Assembly (NCBI GenBank): GCA_039715015.1
Contig: JBDLIE010000028.1
Coordinates: 1 to 32,092 of the forward strand
DNA length: 32,092 nucleotides
From: Thermodesulfobacteriota bacterium
GTDB lineage: Bacteria; Desulfobacterota; Desulfobulbia; Desulfobulbales; SURF-16
Reading direction: 5' to 3'
The notes under the pieces are model-generated. The model was not told the origin of the DNA, did not search any database, and saw nothing but the letters and a program-made list of their open reading frames with translations. Of the stretch, positions 1 through 10,384 are shown piece by piece. The position numbers and the translations under genes were made by a program. The number at the start of each line of letters is the position of its first letter. Positions within the stretch are counted from its first letter, which is position 1.

Positions 1-47
1 CTGAACATTGGCGGTAACCAGAAAACGAAATGCTCTGCTTAAAATGA

Positions 48-86
48 AAAACGGCAAACCAAAGATGGAACTTTGATTTGCCGTTT
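48..86 (-). terminator. Probable intrinsic terminator downstream of tRNA-Arg
   Basis: Inverted repeat AAACGGCAAA-C-CAAAG / CTTTG-A-TTTGCCGTTT just past the tRNA 3' end. The A-run at 47-51 reads as a U-tract on the minus strand. Confidence 0.65.
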
Positions 87-92
87 AATTAC

Positions 93-169
93 TGGTGGGC
101 GAGGCGGGATTCGAACCCGCGACTCCTGGCTTCGGAGGCCAGTACTCTATCCAGCTGAGCTACCCGCCC
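93..169 (-). tRNA. tRNA-Arg (anticodon CCG)
   Basis: Reverse complement is GGGCGGGTAGCTCAGCTGGATAGAGTACTGGCCTCCGAAGCCAGGAGTCGCGGGTTCGAATCCCGCCTCGCCCACCA. It is 77 nt with an acceptor stem, D arm, anticodon stem CTGGC/GCCAG with loop CT-CCG-AA, GTTCGAA T-loop and encoded CCA. Confidence 0.97.
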
Positions 170-335
170 ATTGGGGTTTTTATGACTTGTGCCACATACT
201 TGCGCTTGCCTATGATCTTTATTGAAAGCCCGCAAGGCCTTTTCTTTTACCAGACTCTCCTTTTAATAACTAGCCCATTTTACCCTCAAGTAGTTGTCTT
301 TTATAGGCGGGCCCACATCCCTGCAGTACCCATCG

Positions 336-2846
336 TCAATCGCAGACGTTGTTGCTTGCCTCGGGGCCGAAAGGTTTTAAGGCGACTAACAACTTCGGCA
401 ACATGGTAAGATCAGCCATCAGCGCTACCAGCATCGCAAATCCAGTGAATAGACCAAAATATATTGTCGGTATGAAATGAGAGAAAACCAGGATTGAAAA
501 GCCGATTGTTATTGTTATGGTGGTATAAAACAAAGACCTGCCAATGCTTGAGTGACACCGGTAAAGCGTAGCCATATAATTACGGTCTGCGGGGAACTCC
601 TTTTTGAAGCGATGAACATAATGGATGGTATCGTCAACGGAGATACCGATGGTGATCGACGCTATGGTAATCGTCATCATATCCAGGGAGATATTGAGCC
701 AGCCCATTGTCCCTAGGACAACTGCTACGGGGAATATATTTGGAATGAGAGCAATTAGTGAGAGATAGAATGACCGAAAAAGCACCCAAAACATCATCAT
801 AATCCCCAGAAACACCATCCCTATGGTGAGGATCTGTGAACGAAATAAGCTTTGCAGCATGTTGTTGTAAAGCACGAACATATTTGTGAAGTGAACCTGG
901 TCATCAGTAAAATCAGCTTGGGTCACCAAAAAATCTCGAATCCTTGCCATAAGAGCTTCTCTTTCCATCATTTCCCCAGATTCAACAATACGCATGGTGA
1001 ACCGGGCCTGGGTAATGTCATCAGAGACATAGGGGTGGATCAATAACTCCTGGAGGTCAGCTGGAACTTTTTTATAGAGCAAGGCGAGTTCATAATTTTC
1101 AAGGGGTATATTATTGTTAAGTTTGGTGGTTATTTTGCCAATTGTCGCCAGGGACAGGACTTCACCGGTTTCCGGCATGCCAACTAAGTAATCATGAACT
1201 TTTTCTATCTGCTCCATCACCGTGACATCAGCCGCCCAGTGAGACTTTTCCTCAAGACCGCCAAAATCCTCACCTGCAAAAAGTTCATCATCTTCGTCAA
1301 ACTCTGCAAAGGTATCCTGGGCCACCTTAAAATCGATAACAAGGTCAAGGGGAGTGGTGCCGCCAAGCTTCTGGTCAATGAGGCTCAACCCCTGATAAAT
1401 CTCGGTCTTTTCCCGGAAATAATCGATAAACCTGTTTTCGACTTTAAGCTTCGTTATTCCGATGCCGCTTATGATCATTAACAACAGGCAGACAATCAGA
1501 ACCTTGCGGCCATGGGCCTCGGTAAAGCGGGCAAAAATAAGGGTAAAAGGATGGGAAGAATACTCCCGGTCTGAGTAGATATCTTTCTTAAGAAGTACAA
1601 CAATGGTGGGAAACAGCAGAAAGGCCAGGCCAAAGGAGACCATAAGACCGATGGTCATCATCCTGCCAAAATCTATCACGGGCCGAATATCGCTCACCCA
1701 GAGGGAAGAAAAAGCAACACAGGTTGTCAGTGCGGTATAGAGACAGGGCAGGTTAATTGTGCGCACAGTTTCCAGGACAAGAGTTCTCTGATCAGCATCG
1801 GGCAGCTTGGCATGGACCTCCAGGTAACGCTGGATCAGGTGGATCGTATGAGCCATTGTCAAAATCAACATCAGAGATATGAAGTTTGACGATATAACAG
1901 TAATTCGCCAGTCCAACATGCCGAGAAGGCCCACCATTGTCAGCACGGCCGTTGAACAGCAAAAGATGGAAAGAATTACCCAGCGGGGCCTCCGAAAAAT
2001 AATCGACAAGGTAATGATCAGAAAGAGAAGGACCCCAACCCCGAAAATGACGAGATCGCTTTTAATAAATGCGATCATATCTGCCACAATCATGGTCACG
2101 CCCCCCAGATAGAGTCCAGCCTGGCCCCGGTGCCGGTCCATGATTTCCCTCACAGCCTCAACAAGAAGATTTTCTTCATGCAGGACCTGGGTGAGATACT
2201 GACGGTATCTTTCAGAAACATCCTGAAGTTCCCGCTCTTCTTCAGGGGAGAGATTATTTTTATATTTTTTATCACGGAGCTCATAACGCCGCTTCAACAA
2301 GGACCTGTAAGTTGGATCCTCAGGAAGGCTCACCAGAATCGCGGTTGTCTTGCCGTCACCACTAATTAACCTTCCCTTATAAAGAGGATTTTCATTGAGC
2401 TCTGTCAGAACCGTCTGCCTATCAACAGGCGAACTCTCCAGGGTCTGAATTTTCTCTTTATCCTTCACCTCGCTCAATGAAAGATTTGTGGTAAAAACCA
2501 AGGGCACATCAAGAATAGTCGTTACCGACTCTACTCCTTCCAGCAGTCTCAATTCATCACGCAGCTCTTTTAATCCAGCAAGGGAGGCAGGGGAGAAAAG
2601 ATCCCCTTTGACAGAATAGGTTAGGACAAGAATACCACTGGCTCCGTAGCGCTCAGTGATACTCCGGTGATAATGGAGATCGGCATCGTTTTCCAACACC
2701 AGGGAGTCCCCTGAAGCATCCAGCTTAAATTGGGGGATATGACAGGCAAAAAAAACTACTGCGGCCAAGGTGACCAAAAGTGATAAAACAGGGCGTTCCA
2801 GGATGATCTTGTCATATATTCGTAATGAGGTAGGGCCAATACTCAT
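336..2846 (-). CDS. MMPL/RND-superfamily transporter (putative lipid exporter)
   Basis: 836 aa with two repeats of one TM, a large periplasmic loop and five TMs. RND/MMPL TM4-type motif GISVDDTIHY in the second half; LGGTTPLD motif in the loop. Confidence 0.9.
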   Translation of the reverse strand: MSIGPTSLRIYDKIILERPVLSLLVTLAAVVFFACHIPQFKLDASGDSLVLENDADLHYHRSITERYGASGILVLTYSVKGDLFSPASLAGLKELRDELRLLEGVESVTTILDVPLVFTTNLSLSEVKDKEKIQTLESSPVDRQTVLTELNENPLYKGRLISGDGKTTAILVSLPEDPTYRSLLKRRYELRDKKYKNNLSPEEERELQDVSERYRQYLTQVLHEENLLVEAVREIMDRHRGQAGLYLGGVTMIVADMIAFIKSDLVIFGVGVLLFLIITLSIIFRRPRWVILSIFCCSTAVLTMVGLLGMLDWRITVISSNFISLMLILTMAHTIHLIQRYLEVHAKLPDADQRTLVLETVRTINLPCLYTALTTCVAFSSLWVSDIRPVIDFGRMMTIGLMVSFGLAFLLFPTIVVLLKKDIYSDREYSSHPFTLIFARFTEAHGRKVLIVCLLLMIISGIGITKLKVENRFIDYFREKTEIYQGLSLIDQKLGGTTPLDLVIDFKVAQDTFAEFDEDDELFAGEDFGGLEEKSHWAADVTVMEQIEKVHDYLVGMPETGEVLSLATIGKITTKLNNNIPLENYELALLYKKVPADLQELLIHPYVSDDITQARFTMRIVESGEMMEREALMARIRDFLVTQADFTDDQVHFTNMFVLYNNMLQSLFRSQILTIGMVFLGIMMMFWVLFRSFYLSLIALIPNIFPVAVVLGTMGWLNISLDMMTITIASITIGISVDDTIHYVHRFKKEFPADRNYMATLYRCHSSIGRSLFYTTITITIGFSILVFSHFIPTIYFGLFTGFAMLVALMADLTMLPKLLVALKPFGPEASNNVCD

Positions 2847-3166
2847 TTAATCTCCTCTCTATTCGCTGATGCCAGGTGTGACGTTGCGTATCGGGATGAT
2901 AGAAAACTTTTGGAATAAGACCTTACCCCTTTTTCGTTGTCACCCACATATCTTTTCAGTTATTATTATCATTTCCCCTATTAGCAGTTAATGGTCATGC
3001 GTCCCGTTGTTTCTCGATAAGCACTTATTTATTATAGACGGCGGCCAATCAATTCATGACTTTTTATGGGTTCGTCAAGCGTTCCTGCCGGTCTTTTCAA
3101 AATAAGCGGCAAATGCCCATTCCAACCTTTCTTTTTCGTTATTAACTTTTTGCTCAAAGGTGTGAC

Positions 3167-3823
3167 ATGCAAAATCATAATGCTCAGCATGCAAAAACAA
3201 CGAAATATCTCCTCCCCCAACTTACCATTGTATTTTCTCTCCTCCTTTCTTTCTTTTTTCTAAAAGATGGTCTGGCTCTAGCTGAAAATCCCATGGAGCC
3301 AATTCAAGAGACCGTTGAAGAAATTCTGCTCATTCTAGAATCCGATCATGACAAGGAGTGGCCCAGGAAGAGACAGAAAATTTCGAAAATAATCCAGAAA
3401 CGCTTTGATTTTCAGGAACAATCAAGACTTGTATTGGCCAGCCACTGGGAAAAAATAAGCTCTGAGGAAAAAAGGCAGTTTATTTCTCTTTTCAGCGACC
3501 TTCAGGAACACAGCTTCCTTAACCGGCTGAAGGATTATTCTGACGAGAAAGTTACCTTCACAAAACAACTCACAAAAGGAAATAAGGCTGTCGTCTTTAG
3601 TGCCATCATAAATGGCACAGAACAAATCCCTATGGTGTACCGGATGAGGAAAAACCAGGACAACTGGTTTGTATATGATGTGATTATCGATGGGGTAAGC
3701 ATTGTCAAAAATTATCGCCAGCAGTTTTCGGCAATACTTGCGAAAGAAAAATTTCCCGGGCTCATTGTAAAGATGGAAGAAAAAATAGAGCGGATTATGG
3801 CAGAGGAAGAAGGTAATAAATAG
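3167..3823 (+). CDS. MlaC/Ttg2D/HpnM-family periplasmic lipid-binding protein
   Basis: Signal-peptide-like N-terminus; FDF..SR.VL..HW and W.VYDVIIDGVSIVKNYRQQF motifs typical of the MlaC family. Start codon uncertain. Confidence 0.88.
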   Translation: MQNHNAQHAKTTKYLLPQLTIVFSLLLSFFFLKDGLALAENPMEPIQETVEEILLILESDHDKEWPRKRQKISKIIQKRFDFQEQSRLVLASHWEKISSEEKRQFISLFSDLQEHSFLNRLKDYSDEKVTFTKQLTKGNKAVVFSAIINGTEQIPMVYRMRKNQDNWFVYDVIIDGVSIVKNYRQQFSAILAKEKFPGLIVKMEEKIERIMAEEEGNK

Positions 3824-3873
3824 TTCCTCTGTCTGGGCTGCCTAAGAAATTCAAATCTCACCCCCTCCATTCG

Positions 3874-4902
3874 CTAACTCAAATTTCCGCGCCCAGCTCC
3901 CATACCCTGGGGATAGGTACAGATGAGCTGGCCCTTTAGTTTTTTAATACGCAGCCCCTTGCCAAAATGAAGCTGGGCGCCGCCCTGCCCCTCTTTTGCC
4001 AGGTTTATAAATTGCTCAATCTGGCGGCTGTCAGGCCTGGCCTGCATGGCAAGGAGCATATTCTCCGCCACCCTTCTCTGCAGGGCAGGATGGAGGGCCA
4101 TAAGCTTTGCCGTGTCGATGCTAAGCCGCGGCAGCCCGTCTTTTTCTCCCCCATGAACAAGGGCCACCTCCTGCCAGCAACGAGCTGCCTCCCGGGCCAA
4201 CAAATCCTCCTCGTCCTGGAGGATTGCAGCGCTGCGCCTCAGGGTGCTGCGGATAGCCGGATTGTACTTTTCCAGAAAGGGCAAAATTTCCAGGCGGACC
4301 TGGTTGCGCAAGAATCGCAGGTCCTGATTTGAGCTGTCCTCCAGAAAAGGGATATTTCTGGCCTGGAGATAGGCAAGCAACTCTTCTTTCGGCGTGTTCA
4401 GCAGGGGGCGGACAATTCTATTATCACGGACCATCTTCATTCCTGAAAATCCGCCGCGACCGGCGCCGCGCAGCATCCGGATAATGATCTCTTCGGCCTG
4501 ATCATCTGCGGTATGGGCCACAGCAATTTTGGCGGCACCAAGTCGTGTTGCCACCTGATCAAAAGCCTGGTAGCGTAGATCCCGGGCCATGTGTTCAAGG
4601 GATTTTTTCTGATGCTCTGCTCCGCCTGCAACATCAACCTTGGCAAGCTCAAAGCCCACCTCAAGTTTGGCAGCAGACTCCTTGACAAGATCCGCCTCTG
4701 CTTTTGTTTCGTCGGGCCGCAGACCATGGTCTACATAGATGGCGGTAATGTTTAAGGGTAATTGCCTGCCAAGACCTGCCAGAAGATGAAGCAAGGCCAT
4801 GGAGTCAGGCCCTGCTGAGACACCTACAACCACCGGCCCTTCAGGGACGAGCAGTTCGTGACCGGACAACAGTTTTCCTATCTTTTTCTCAAGAGGATGC
4901 AT
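3874..4902 (-). CDS. tilS: tRNA(Ile)-lysidine synthetase
   Basis: PP-loop VSAGPDSMALL, VDHGLR, AHTADDQAE, RPLL, EDSSN and RNQVR motifs. Confidence 0.93.
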   Translation of the reverse strand: MHPLEKKIGKLLSGHELLVPEGPVVVGVSAGPDSMALLHLLAGLGRQLPLNITAIYVDHGLRPDETKAEADLVKESAAKLEVGFELAKVDVAGGAEHQKKSLEHMARDLRYQAFDQVATRLGAAKIAVAHTADDQAEEIIIRMLRGAGRGGFSGMKMVRDNRIVRPLLNTPKEELLAYLQARNIPFLEDSSNQDLRFLRNQVRLEILPFLEKYNPAIRSTLRRSAAILQDEEDLLAREAARCWQEVALVHGGEKDGLPRLSIDTAKLMALHPALQRRVAENMLLAMQARPDSRQIEQFINLAKEGQGGAQLHFGKGLRIKKLKGQLICTYPQGMGAGRGNLS

Positions 4903-4909
4903 ACTCTTC

Positions 4910-5143
4910 CTAGAAAACGAGCCATAAACAAAACCCTAAAATAACAAGAGCGCCAATCATGGAGACAATGCCATCTGAAAACATTTCCTTGTTACCGGGT
5001 GGATACTTGCCAATGGTGATAATGCGTAAAGAAACAAAGCCCACCGCGTAACAGACCATCTCAAAGAAAAAATCAACCAGAAGCCTGATCAATAAACGGC
5101 CGCAGAGATGGCAAAAACCTTCACTTATTTCAGTAACCGGCAT
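4910..5143 (-). CDS. Small membrane protein of unknown function
   Basis: 77 aa from the ATG at 5143, preceded by a GGGGAG Shine-Dalgarno. Two hydrophobic segments flank ITIGKYPP. Ends 7 bp before tilS. Confidence 0.65.
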   Translation of the reverse strand: MPVTEISEGFCHLCGRLLIRLLVDFFFEMVCYAVGFVSLRIITIGKYPPGNKEMFSDGIVSMIGALVILGFCLWLVF

Positions 5144-5285
5144 GTACTCCCCCGCCACTTAAGGAACACCATAAATCATCCTTGCCATTCGCAGGCCCCG
5201 ATGATAGGCTATTGTATTGTTTTTCTTTCTTATTTTCCACTGGTTTCCAGGCCTTAGACAACAAACATCCATTTTGAAAGAGCCT

Positions 5286-6155
5286 ATGAAAGTTCGCAAA
5301 GCTGTCATACCCGTTGCCGGTTTGGGCACCCGTTTCCTGCCTGCCAGCAAGGCCATCCCCAAGGAGATGCTCACCATTGTTGACCGTCCCACCATTCAAT
5401 ATATTGTTGAAGAGGTGGTGGCATCAGGGATCGAAGAGATTATCCTCATCACCAGTGCCGGCAAATCGGCCATTGAGAATCATTTTGACTATGACTTTAC
5501 CCTGGACCATACCCTTAAAGAGAAAGGGAAAATCAGGCTGGCCGAGGAGGTCAACCATCTCGCCAACCTGATTGATGTGGTATCAGTGCGCCAGAAAAAA
5601 CCCATGGGCCTGGGACATGCCATCTGGATGGCCCGAAATGTTGTGGGCAACGAGCCCTTTGCCGTACTTCTTGGCGACGACCTGGTTTTAAGTGAGCAAC
5701 CCTGCCTCAAACAGATGATCAACCTCTACAACGAGGTGCAGGAATCAGTGGTTGCCATCCAGCGTGTCCCAGAGGATGAGACGTATCAATACGGAATTGT
5801 CGAGGGTGCTCCCCGCTCAAAAAGGGTCCATAAGATCGAACGCATGGTAGAAAAGCCAGCTCCTGGTACGACCAAATCCAATATGGCTATTATTGGCCGC
5901 TATATTCTCCAGCCGGAGATCTTCGATATTCTCGGCAAAACAACTCCGGGTCATGGCGGTGAAATCCAGCTCACCGACGCCCTGCTGGCCCTGGCCCATA
6001 AACGCGGCATGAACGCCTACGAGTTTGAAGGCACCCGCTTTGACGCCGGTGACAAGCTCGGTTATCTCAAAGCCATTATCGCCTTTGCTCTCCGTCACCC
6101 TGATGTCTGTGAAAACTTCAGCGACCATATCAAAGAAGTGGCGCAGACCCTGTAG
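5286..6155 (+). CDS. galU: UTP--glucose-1-phosphate uridylyltransferase
   Basis: KAVIPVAGLGTRFLPASKAIPKEML, GLGHAI, VEKP and GEIQLTDA motifs. Start reassigned to the ATG at 5286 (MKVRKAV). Confidence 0.96.
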   Translation: MKVRKAVIPVAGLGTRFLPASKAIPKEMLTIVDRPTIQYIVEEVVASGIEEIILITSAGKSAIENHFDYDFTLDHTLKEKGKIRLAEEVNHLANLIDVVSVRQKKPMGLGHAIWMARNVVGNEPFAVLLGDDLVLSEQPCLKQMINLYNEVQESVVAIQRVPEDETYQYGIVEGAPRSKRVHKIERMVEKPAPGTTKSNMAIIGRYILQPEIFDILGKTTPGHGGEIQLTDALLALAHKRGMNAYEFEGTRFDAGDKLGYLKAIIAFALRHPDVCENFSDHIKEVAQTL

Positions 6156-6164
6156 AATGCCACC

Positions 6165-8606
6165 GTGAACTATCTTGTTGTAGCCGTTGCCGCCCCCCTT
6201 TTTGAAACACTCACCTACGCGCCCATTGGTTCTGCAACTCCTGCCGTTGGTGTCCGCGTCCTTGTCCCCCTTGGCCGACGGCGAATTACCGGTTATGTGC
6301 TGGGGACCACCCCAGAGGTGGAGACAGAATACACCATACGACCCATCCTGGATATTCTGGACAAAGAACCCCTTTTTGGCCCTGACATGGTGCCTTTTTT
6401 CAAATGGGTTGCCGACTATTACCAATACCCCATTGGCGAGGTGATCAAGACAGCCCTGCCCGGAGGTTTGACCAGCCAATCTGGCCGAACGGTTACCTTA
6501 ACGGACAAGGGGCATGAAACCCTCTCCCCCCTTCTTTCCTCCCCGCCCTCTCAGGCAGGGCCATGGTTTGCCGCTCTCTTAGAAAAAGGCCTTCTCTCCC
6601 GGTCAGCCAGCGCCAAAATCTGGCGCAGCAACAAGGGCAAAAAACTCCTGCTCGACTGGCAGAGCCAGGGTCTGATCACTATTAACGAGGTCCTGAGTTC
6701 TGCCACCACCAAGGCTAAAACTGAAGTGTGCCTGGGCCTCAATGAGCCATTACCCGACATCAAGCTCAAAAAATCGGAAGACAAGACCCTTAATCTCATC
6801 AAGGAACAGCTCAGCAGCAACCGGCCGCTGGTGAGCAGACGGGATATCACCAAGATTTATGCCGGTGCCGGCAAGGCCATTCGTTCCCTGGCGGCCCAAG
6901 GTATTGTTGTTTTACGTGACGAGCAGGTATACCGCGACCCCTTTGGAGAGCAGCCCCTTTTTTATCCCCGCCCGGACAACCTCACCCCTGAACAGGAAAC
7001 TGTCCTTGAACAGATCCTACCGAAAATAGATGCGCAAAGCTTTGCTCCTTTTCTTGTCCACGGCGTTACCGGTTGCGGCAAGACAGAGGTCTATCTGCGC
7101 GCTGCAGAAGCCATCTTGAAAAAGGGGGGCTCCGTTCTTGTATTGGTACCGGAGATTGCTCTGGCAACCCAGATTGAAGGCCATTTCTTTTCCCGCTTTG
7201 GCGGCAAGATTGCCCTGCTCCACAGCGGTCTCTCTTCAGGCGAACGATTTGACCAGTGGCAAAAAATTGCCAGGGGCCAGGCTGAAATCGTCATTGGGGC
7301 GCGCTCCGCCATCTTTGCCCCCCTCAAAAACCTGGGCTTAATCATTGTTGACGAGGAGCACGATCCGGCCTACAAGCAGGACGACAATCTACGCTACAAC
7401 GCCAGAGACCTTGCTGTTTTGCGAGGCAGGGAAAACAGTGCAGTAGTGCTTCTGGGTACGGCCACCCCGGCTGTGACCAGCTATCATAATGGTCTCCATG
7501 ACAAATTCACCATTGTCAGCCTCAAAAAAAGAATTTTCGACCGTCCTCTGCCGGAGGTGGAAATTGTCGACCTGAAAAAGGTACCCACAGTAAGCGAACA
7601 ATCCCCCCTCTTTTCACCAAATCTCCGCCGCGCCCTGCAGGACAATTTTGCCAAGGGTGACCAGTCCCTTGTATTTTTAAACCGCCGCGGCTTTGCCAAC
7701 CTTCTCCTCTGCCAGGACTGCGGCCACTCCATCACCTGCCCCCATTGCGAGGTAACCCTCACCCTCCATAAACACAAGCAGCGCCTGATCTGTCATTACT
7801 GCGGTTACCAGGCCACCAGTGCCGCCCTGTGCCCCCATTGCCGATCTGCCAGGGTAAAAGAATGTGGCTTTGGCACAGAACGTATTGAGGAGGAATTACG
7901 GGCCATGGTACCCAAGGCCACTATTGCCCGCCTTGATCGCGACACCACCAGTTCAGGCCGCAAAGATTTTATAAAAATCCTCCAGGCTGTTCGTAACCGG
8001 CAAACCGATATCCTGGTGGGCACCCAGATGATCACCAAGGGCCACCATTTTCCCCATGTTACCCTGGTGGGCATCATCTGGGCAGATACCGGCCTTACCC
8101 TGCCTGACTATAAGGCTGCTGAGCGTACCTTTCAGCTCCTCTCCCAGGTCACGGGGCGGGCTGGCCGCGGCGACAAACCGGGCAGGGTCATCATCCAGAC
8201 TTTCCAACCAGATCATTACGCTGTGGTGGCTGCCAGGGAGCATGACTACCAGAGTTTTTATGACCATGAAATTGCCCTGCGCCACGGCTTGAGTTACCCC
8301 CCCTACAGCCGGTTGGTTAATGTTAAATTTTCAGGGGAAAATGAGGAGCTGGTGCGCCAGGCAGCCCAAGATTGTGCCGGCATGGCCAGAAAAAGCCGCA
8401 TCGCGTCCAGTGTAGAGGTTTTAGGCCCGGCCCCGGCTCCTCTCTCCAAACTTCGCAACCGCTATCGCTGGCAACTTCTTCTTAAAGGCCAACACCAGCC
8501 CAGCCTTGCCAGCCTCGCCCACTTCCTACGGCACAACCCACCAAGCCAGACACGCAACAACAGGGTGCGCATGACCCTTGATATTGACCCGGACAGCATG
8601 TTGTAA
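6165..8606 (+). CDS. priA: Primosomal protein N' (replication restart helicase)
   Basis: GVTGCGKTEVY Walker A, VDEEH, four CxxC zinc motifs, QVTGRAGR and a C-terminal DIDP. Confidence 0.96.
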   Translation: MNYLVVAVAAPLFETLTYAPIGSATPAVGVRVLVPLGRRRITGYVLGTTPEVETEYTIRPILDILDKEPLFGPDMVPFFKWVADYYQYPIGEVIKTALPGGLTSQSGRTVTLTDKGHETLSPLLSSPPSQAGPWFAALLEKGLLSRSASAKIWRSNKGKKLLLDWQSQGLITINEVLSSATTKAKTEVCLGLNEPLPDIKLKKSEDKTLNLIKEQLSSNRPLVSRRDITKIYAGAGKAIRSLAAQGIVVLRDEQVYRDPFGEQPLFYPRPDNLTPEQETVLEQILPKIDAQSFAPFLVHGVTGCGKTEVYLRAAEAILKKGGSVLVLVPEIALATQIEGHFFSRFGGKIALLHSGLSSGERFDQWQKIARGQAEIVIGARSAIFAPLKNLGLIIVDEEHDPAYKQDDNLRYNARDLAVLRGRENSAVVLLGTATPAVTSYHNGLHDKFTIVSLKKRIFDRPLPEVEIVDLKKVPTVSEQSPLFSPNLRRALQDNFAKGDQSLVFLNRRGFANLLLCQDCGHSITCPHCEVTLTLHKHKQRLICHYCGYQATSAALCPHCRSARVKECGFGTERIEEELRAMVPKATIARLDRDTTSSGRKDFIKILQAVRNRQTDILVGTQMITKGHHFPHVTLVGIIWADTGLTLPDYKAAERTFQLLSQVTGRAGRGDKPGRVIIQTFQPDHYAVVAAREHDYQSFYDHEIALRHGLSYPPYSRLVNVKFSGENEELVRQAAQDCAGMARKSRIASSVEVLGPAPAPLSKLRNRYRWQLLLKGQHQPSLASLAHFLRHNPPSQTRNNRVRMTLDIDPDSML

Positions 8607-8840
8607 CAAAGGATTCCCCCTCTCCCCAAGAAGAGGGGATTTGAAAACCATTCTCACCTTTAGGGAGGCAGGAAAGCAAGAGTTGGCTGCTGGCCAAAAA
8701 ATTATCTGCTGGCAAGAAGCGTGGAACTCTTCATCCTTTGCCATGCTCTAGGCAATATGGCACTGGAAAAAATCCAGTGCTTCTGCTACATAGTGAGCAG
8801 AAGAAAACCGTTTTTATTTTTCATTATTTTCTCAAAAATT

Positions 8841-9353
8841 ATGGCAATACGCGAAATTTTAAAATATCCCAACCCGCTCCTCCGTAAAAAGGCCGGCAAA
8901 GTTACCGAGTTTGGCGACGCCATTCAGGAGCTCGTAGATGATATGGCCGAGACCATGTACGATGCGCCGGGCGTGGGTCTTGCCGCACCACAGATCGGCG
9001 TTTCTTTGCAACTTGTGGTCATGGACATTACTGACAAGGAAGAAGAACCGGAGCTCATCGTCCTTGTCAACCCCGAGATCTCAGAGGGAGAAGGTTCTGC
9101 CGTGGATGAAGAGGGCTGCCTCAGCGTGGTTGACCTCACTGCCAAGGTCAAACGTTTTACCAAAATCAGGGTCACAGCCCAGGACATTGACGGCAACCCT
9201 CTGGATTTCATCGCCGAAGATTGGTATGCCCGGGTCATCCAGCACGAGACAGACCATTTAAACGGCACCCTATTTATCGATCACCTCAGCAGCCTTAAGC
9301 GCTCCATGTATAAAAAGAAGCGTAAAAAACAGCTTGCCAAAGAAAAGGCATGA
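8841..9353 (+). CDS. def: Peptide deformylase
   Basis: GVGLAAPQIG, EGCLS and QHETDHLNG motifs. Start reassigned to the ATG at 8841 (MAIREIL). Confidence 0.96.
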   Translation: MAIREILKYPNPLLRKKAGKVTEFGDAIQELVDDMAETMYDAPGVGLAAPQIGVSLQLVVMDITDKEEEPELIVLVNPEISEGEGSAVDEEGCLSVVDLTAKVKRFTKIRVTAQDIDGNPLDFIAEDWYARVIQHETDHLNGTLFIDHLSSLKRSMYKKKRKKQLAKEKA

Positions 9354-9383
9354 GCTGTTCTCACGGCGGAGACCTATTCTAAA

Positions 9384-10325
9384 ATGGCTGAAATTAATCG
9401 AATCATCTTCATGGGCACCCCGGAATTTGCCGTGCCCACCCTGCAGGCCATGCTGGACCATGGTGAAAACGTAGTGGCGGTTATCTGCCAGCCTGACCGC
9501 CCCAAAGGCCGAGGCCGAAAAGTTCAGCCGCCACCGGTCAAAGTTTTGGCCGAGAGCCATGGCATCCCAGTCCTTCAGCCCACCAAGATCCGCACCCAGG
9601 AATATCTTGATGAGCTTGCCGCCTACAGACCTGATCTCTTTGTGGTCACGGCCTATGGCCGTATTCTGCCGGGCAGTCTTCTTGACCTTCCGCCCCTGGG
9701 CACCATCAATGTCCACGGCTCTCTGCTTCCTAAATTTCGTGGTGCAGCCCCAGTCCAGCGCGCCATCCTTGAAGGAGAATCCATAACCGGCATCACTATT
9801 ATGCAGATGGATGAAGGCATGGATACCGGCGACATTCTTTTACCTGGTTCCCTGGAGATAGCCCCTGATGACACCTCTGCCAGCCTGGCGGTGAAAATGT
9901 CTGCCCTGGGCGGCAAACTCCTGGTCAAGGCCCTGGACTTATTGCGGCAGGACAAGCTGCCTCCCCAAAAGCAGGATGACGCCCTGGCCACAGATGCCCC
10001 CATGCTGGCCAAAGATGAGTCGCCCATTGACTGGTATAAGTCCGCCAGCGCGATCAGTTGTCAAATACGTGGCCTTGATCCCTGGCCCAAGGCTCAAACT
10101 AATCTTGGCGGCAAATGGCTGCGCCCATTTCGGCCCATGGTTCTTGATGAGGATATTAGGCAAGCCCCGGGCACCCTGGTCCGTATTGAAAAAGAAGGCT
10201 TGGTCATTGCCACCGGCAAAGGCGCCCTTCTCGTCCGGGAGATCCAGCTTGAGGGTAAAAAACGTATGGCTGTGGATGCTTTTTTACGTGGTCACAGCCT
10301 TGATACAGGTGTTATATTTTCTTAA
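9384..10325 (+). CDS. fmt: Methionyl-tRNA formyltransferase
   Basis: FMGTPEFA, QPDRPKGRG, NVHGSLLPKFRGAAP and MDEGMDTGD motifs; follows def. Confidence 0.97.
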   Translation: MAEINRIIFMGTPEFAVPTLQAMLDHGENVVAVICQPDRPKGRGRKVQPPPVKVLAESHGIPVLQPTKIRTQEYLDELAAYRPDLFVVTAYGRILPGSLLDLPPLGTINVHGSLLPKFRGAAPVQRAILEGESITGITIMQMDEGMDTGDILLPGSLEIAPDDTSASLAVKMSALGGKLLVKALDLLRQDKLPPQKQDDALATDAPMLAKDESPIDWYKSASAISCQIRGLDPWPKAQTNLGGKWLRPFRPMVLDEDIRQAPGTLVRIEKEGLVIATGKGALLVREIQLEGKKRMAVDAFLRGHSLDTGVIFS

Positions 10326-10384
10326 CAACCGGCAGGATTCTACTCTTTTTCCTGAAACGCCCATAACTCCTTCCCCCAAAAAAC

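Noticed and set aside
95..409. 104-aa ORF on the plus strand
   Set aside because: Antisense to tRNA-Arg; a typical spurious call.
93..3823. Genomic island integrated at tRNA-Arg
   Set aside because: No integrase or duplicated tRNA 3' end was seen, and these genes lie on the 5' side of the tRNA.
8612..8642. TCCCCCTCT…AGAGGGGA hairpin after priA as a repeat family member
   Set aside because: Single imperfect copy in the window; cannot be distinguished from an ordinary weak terminator.
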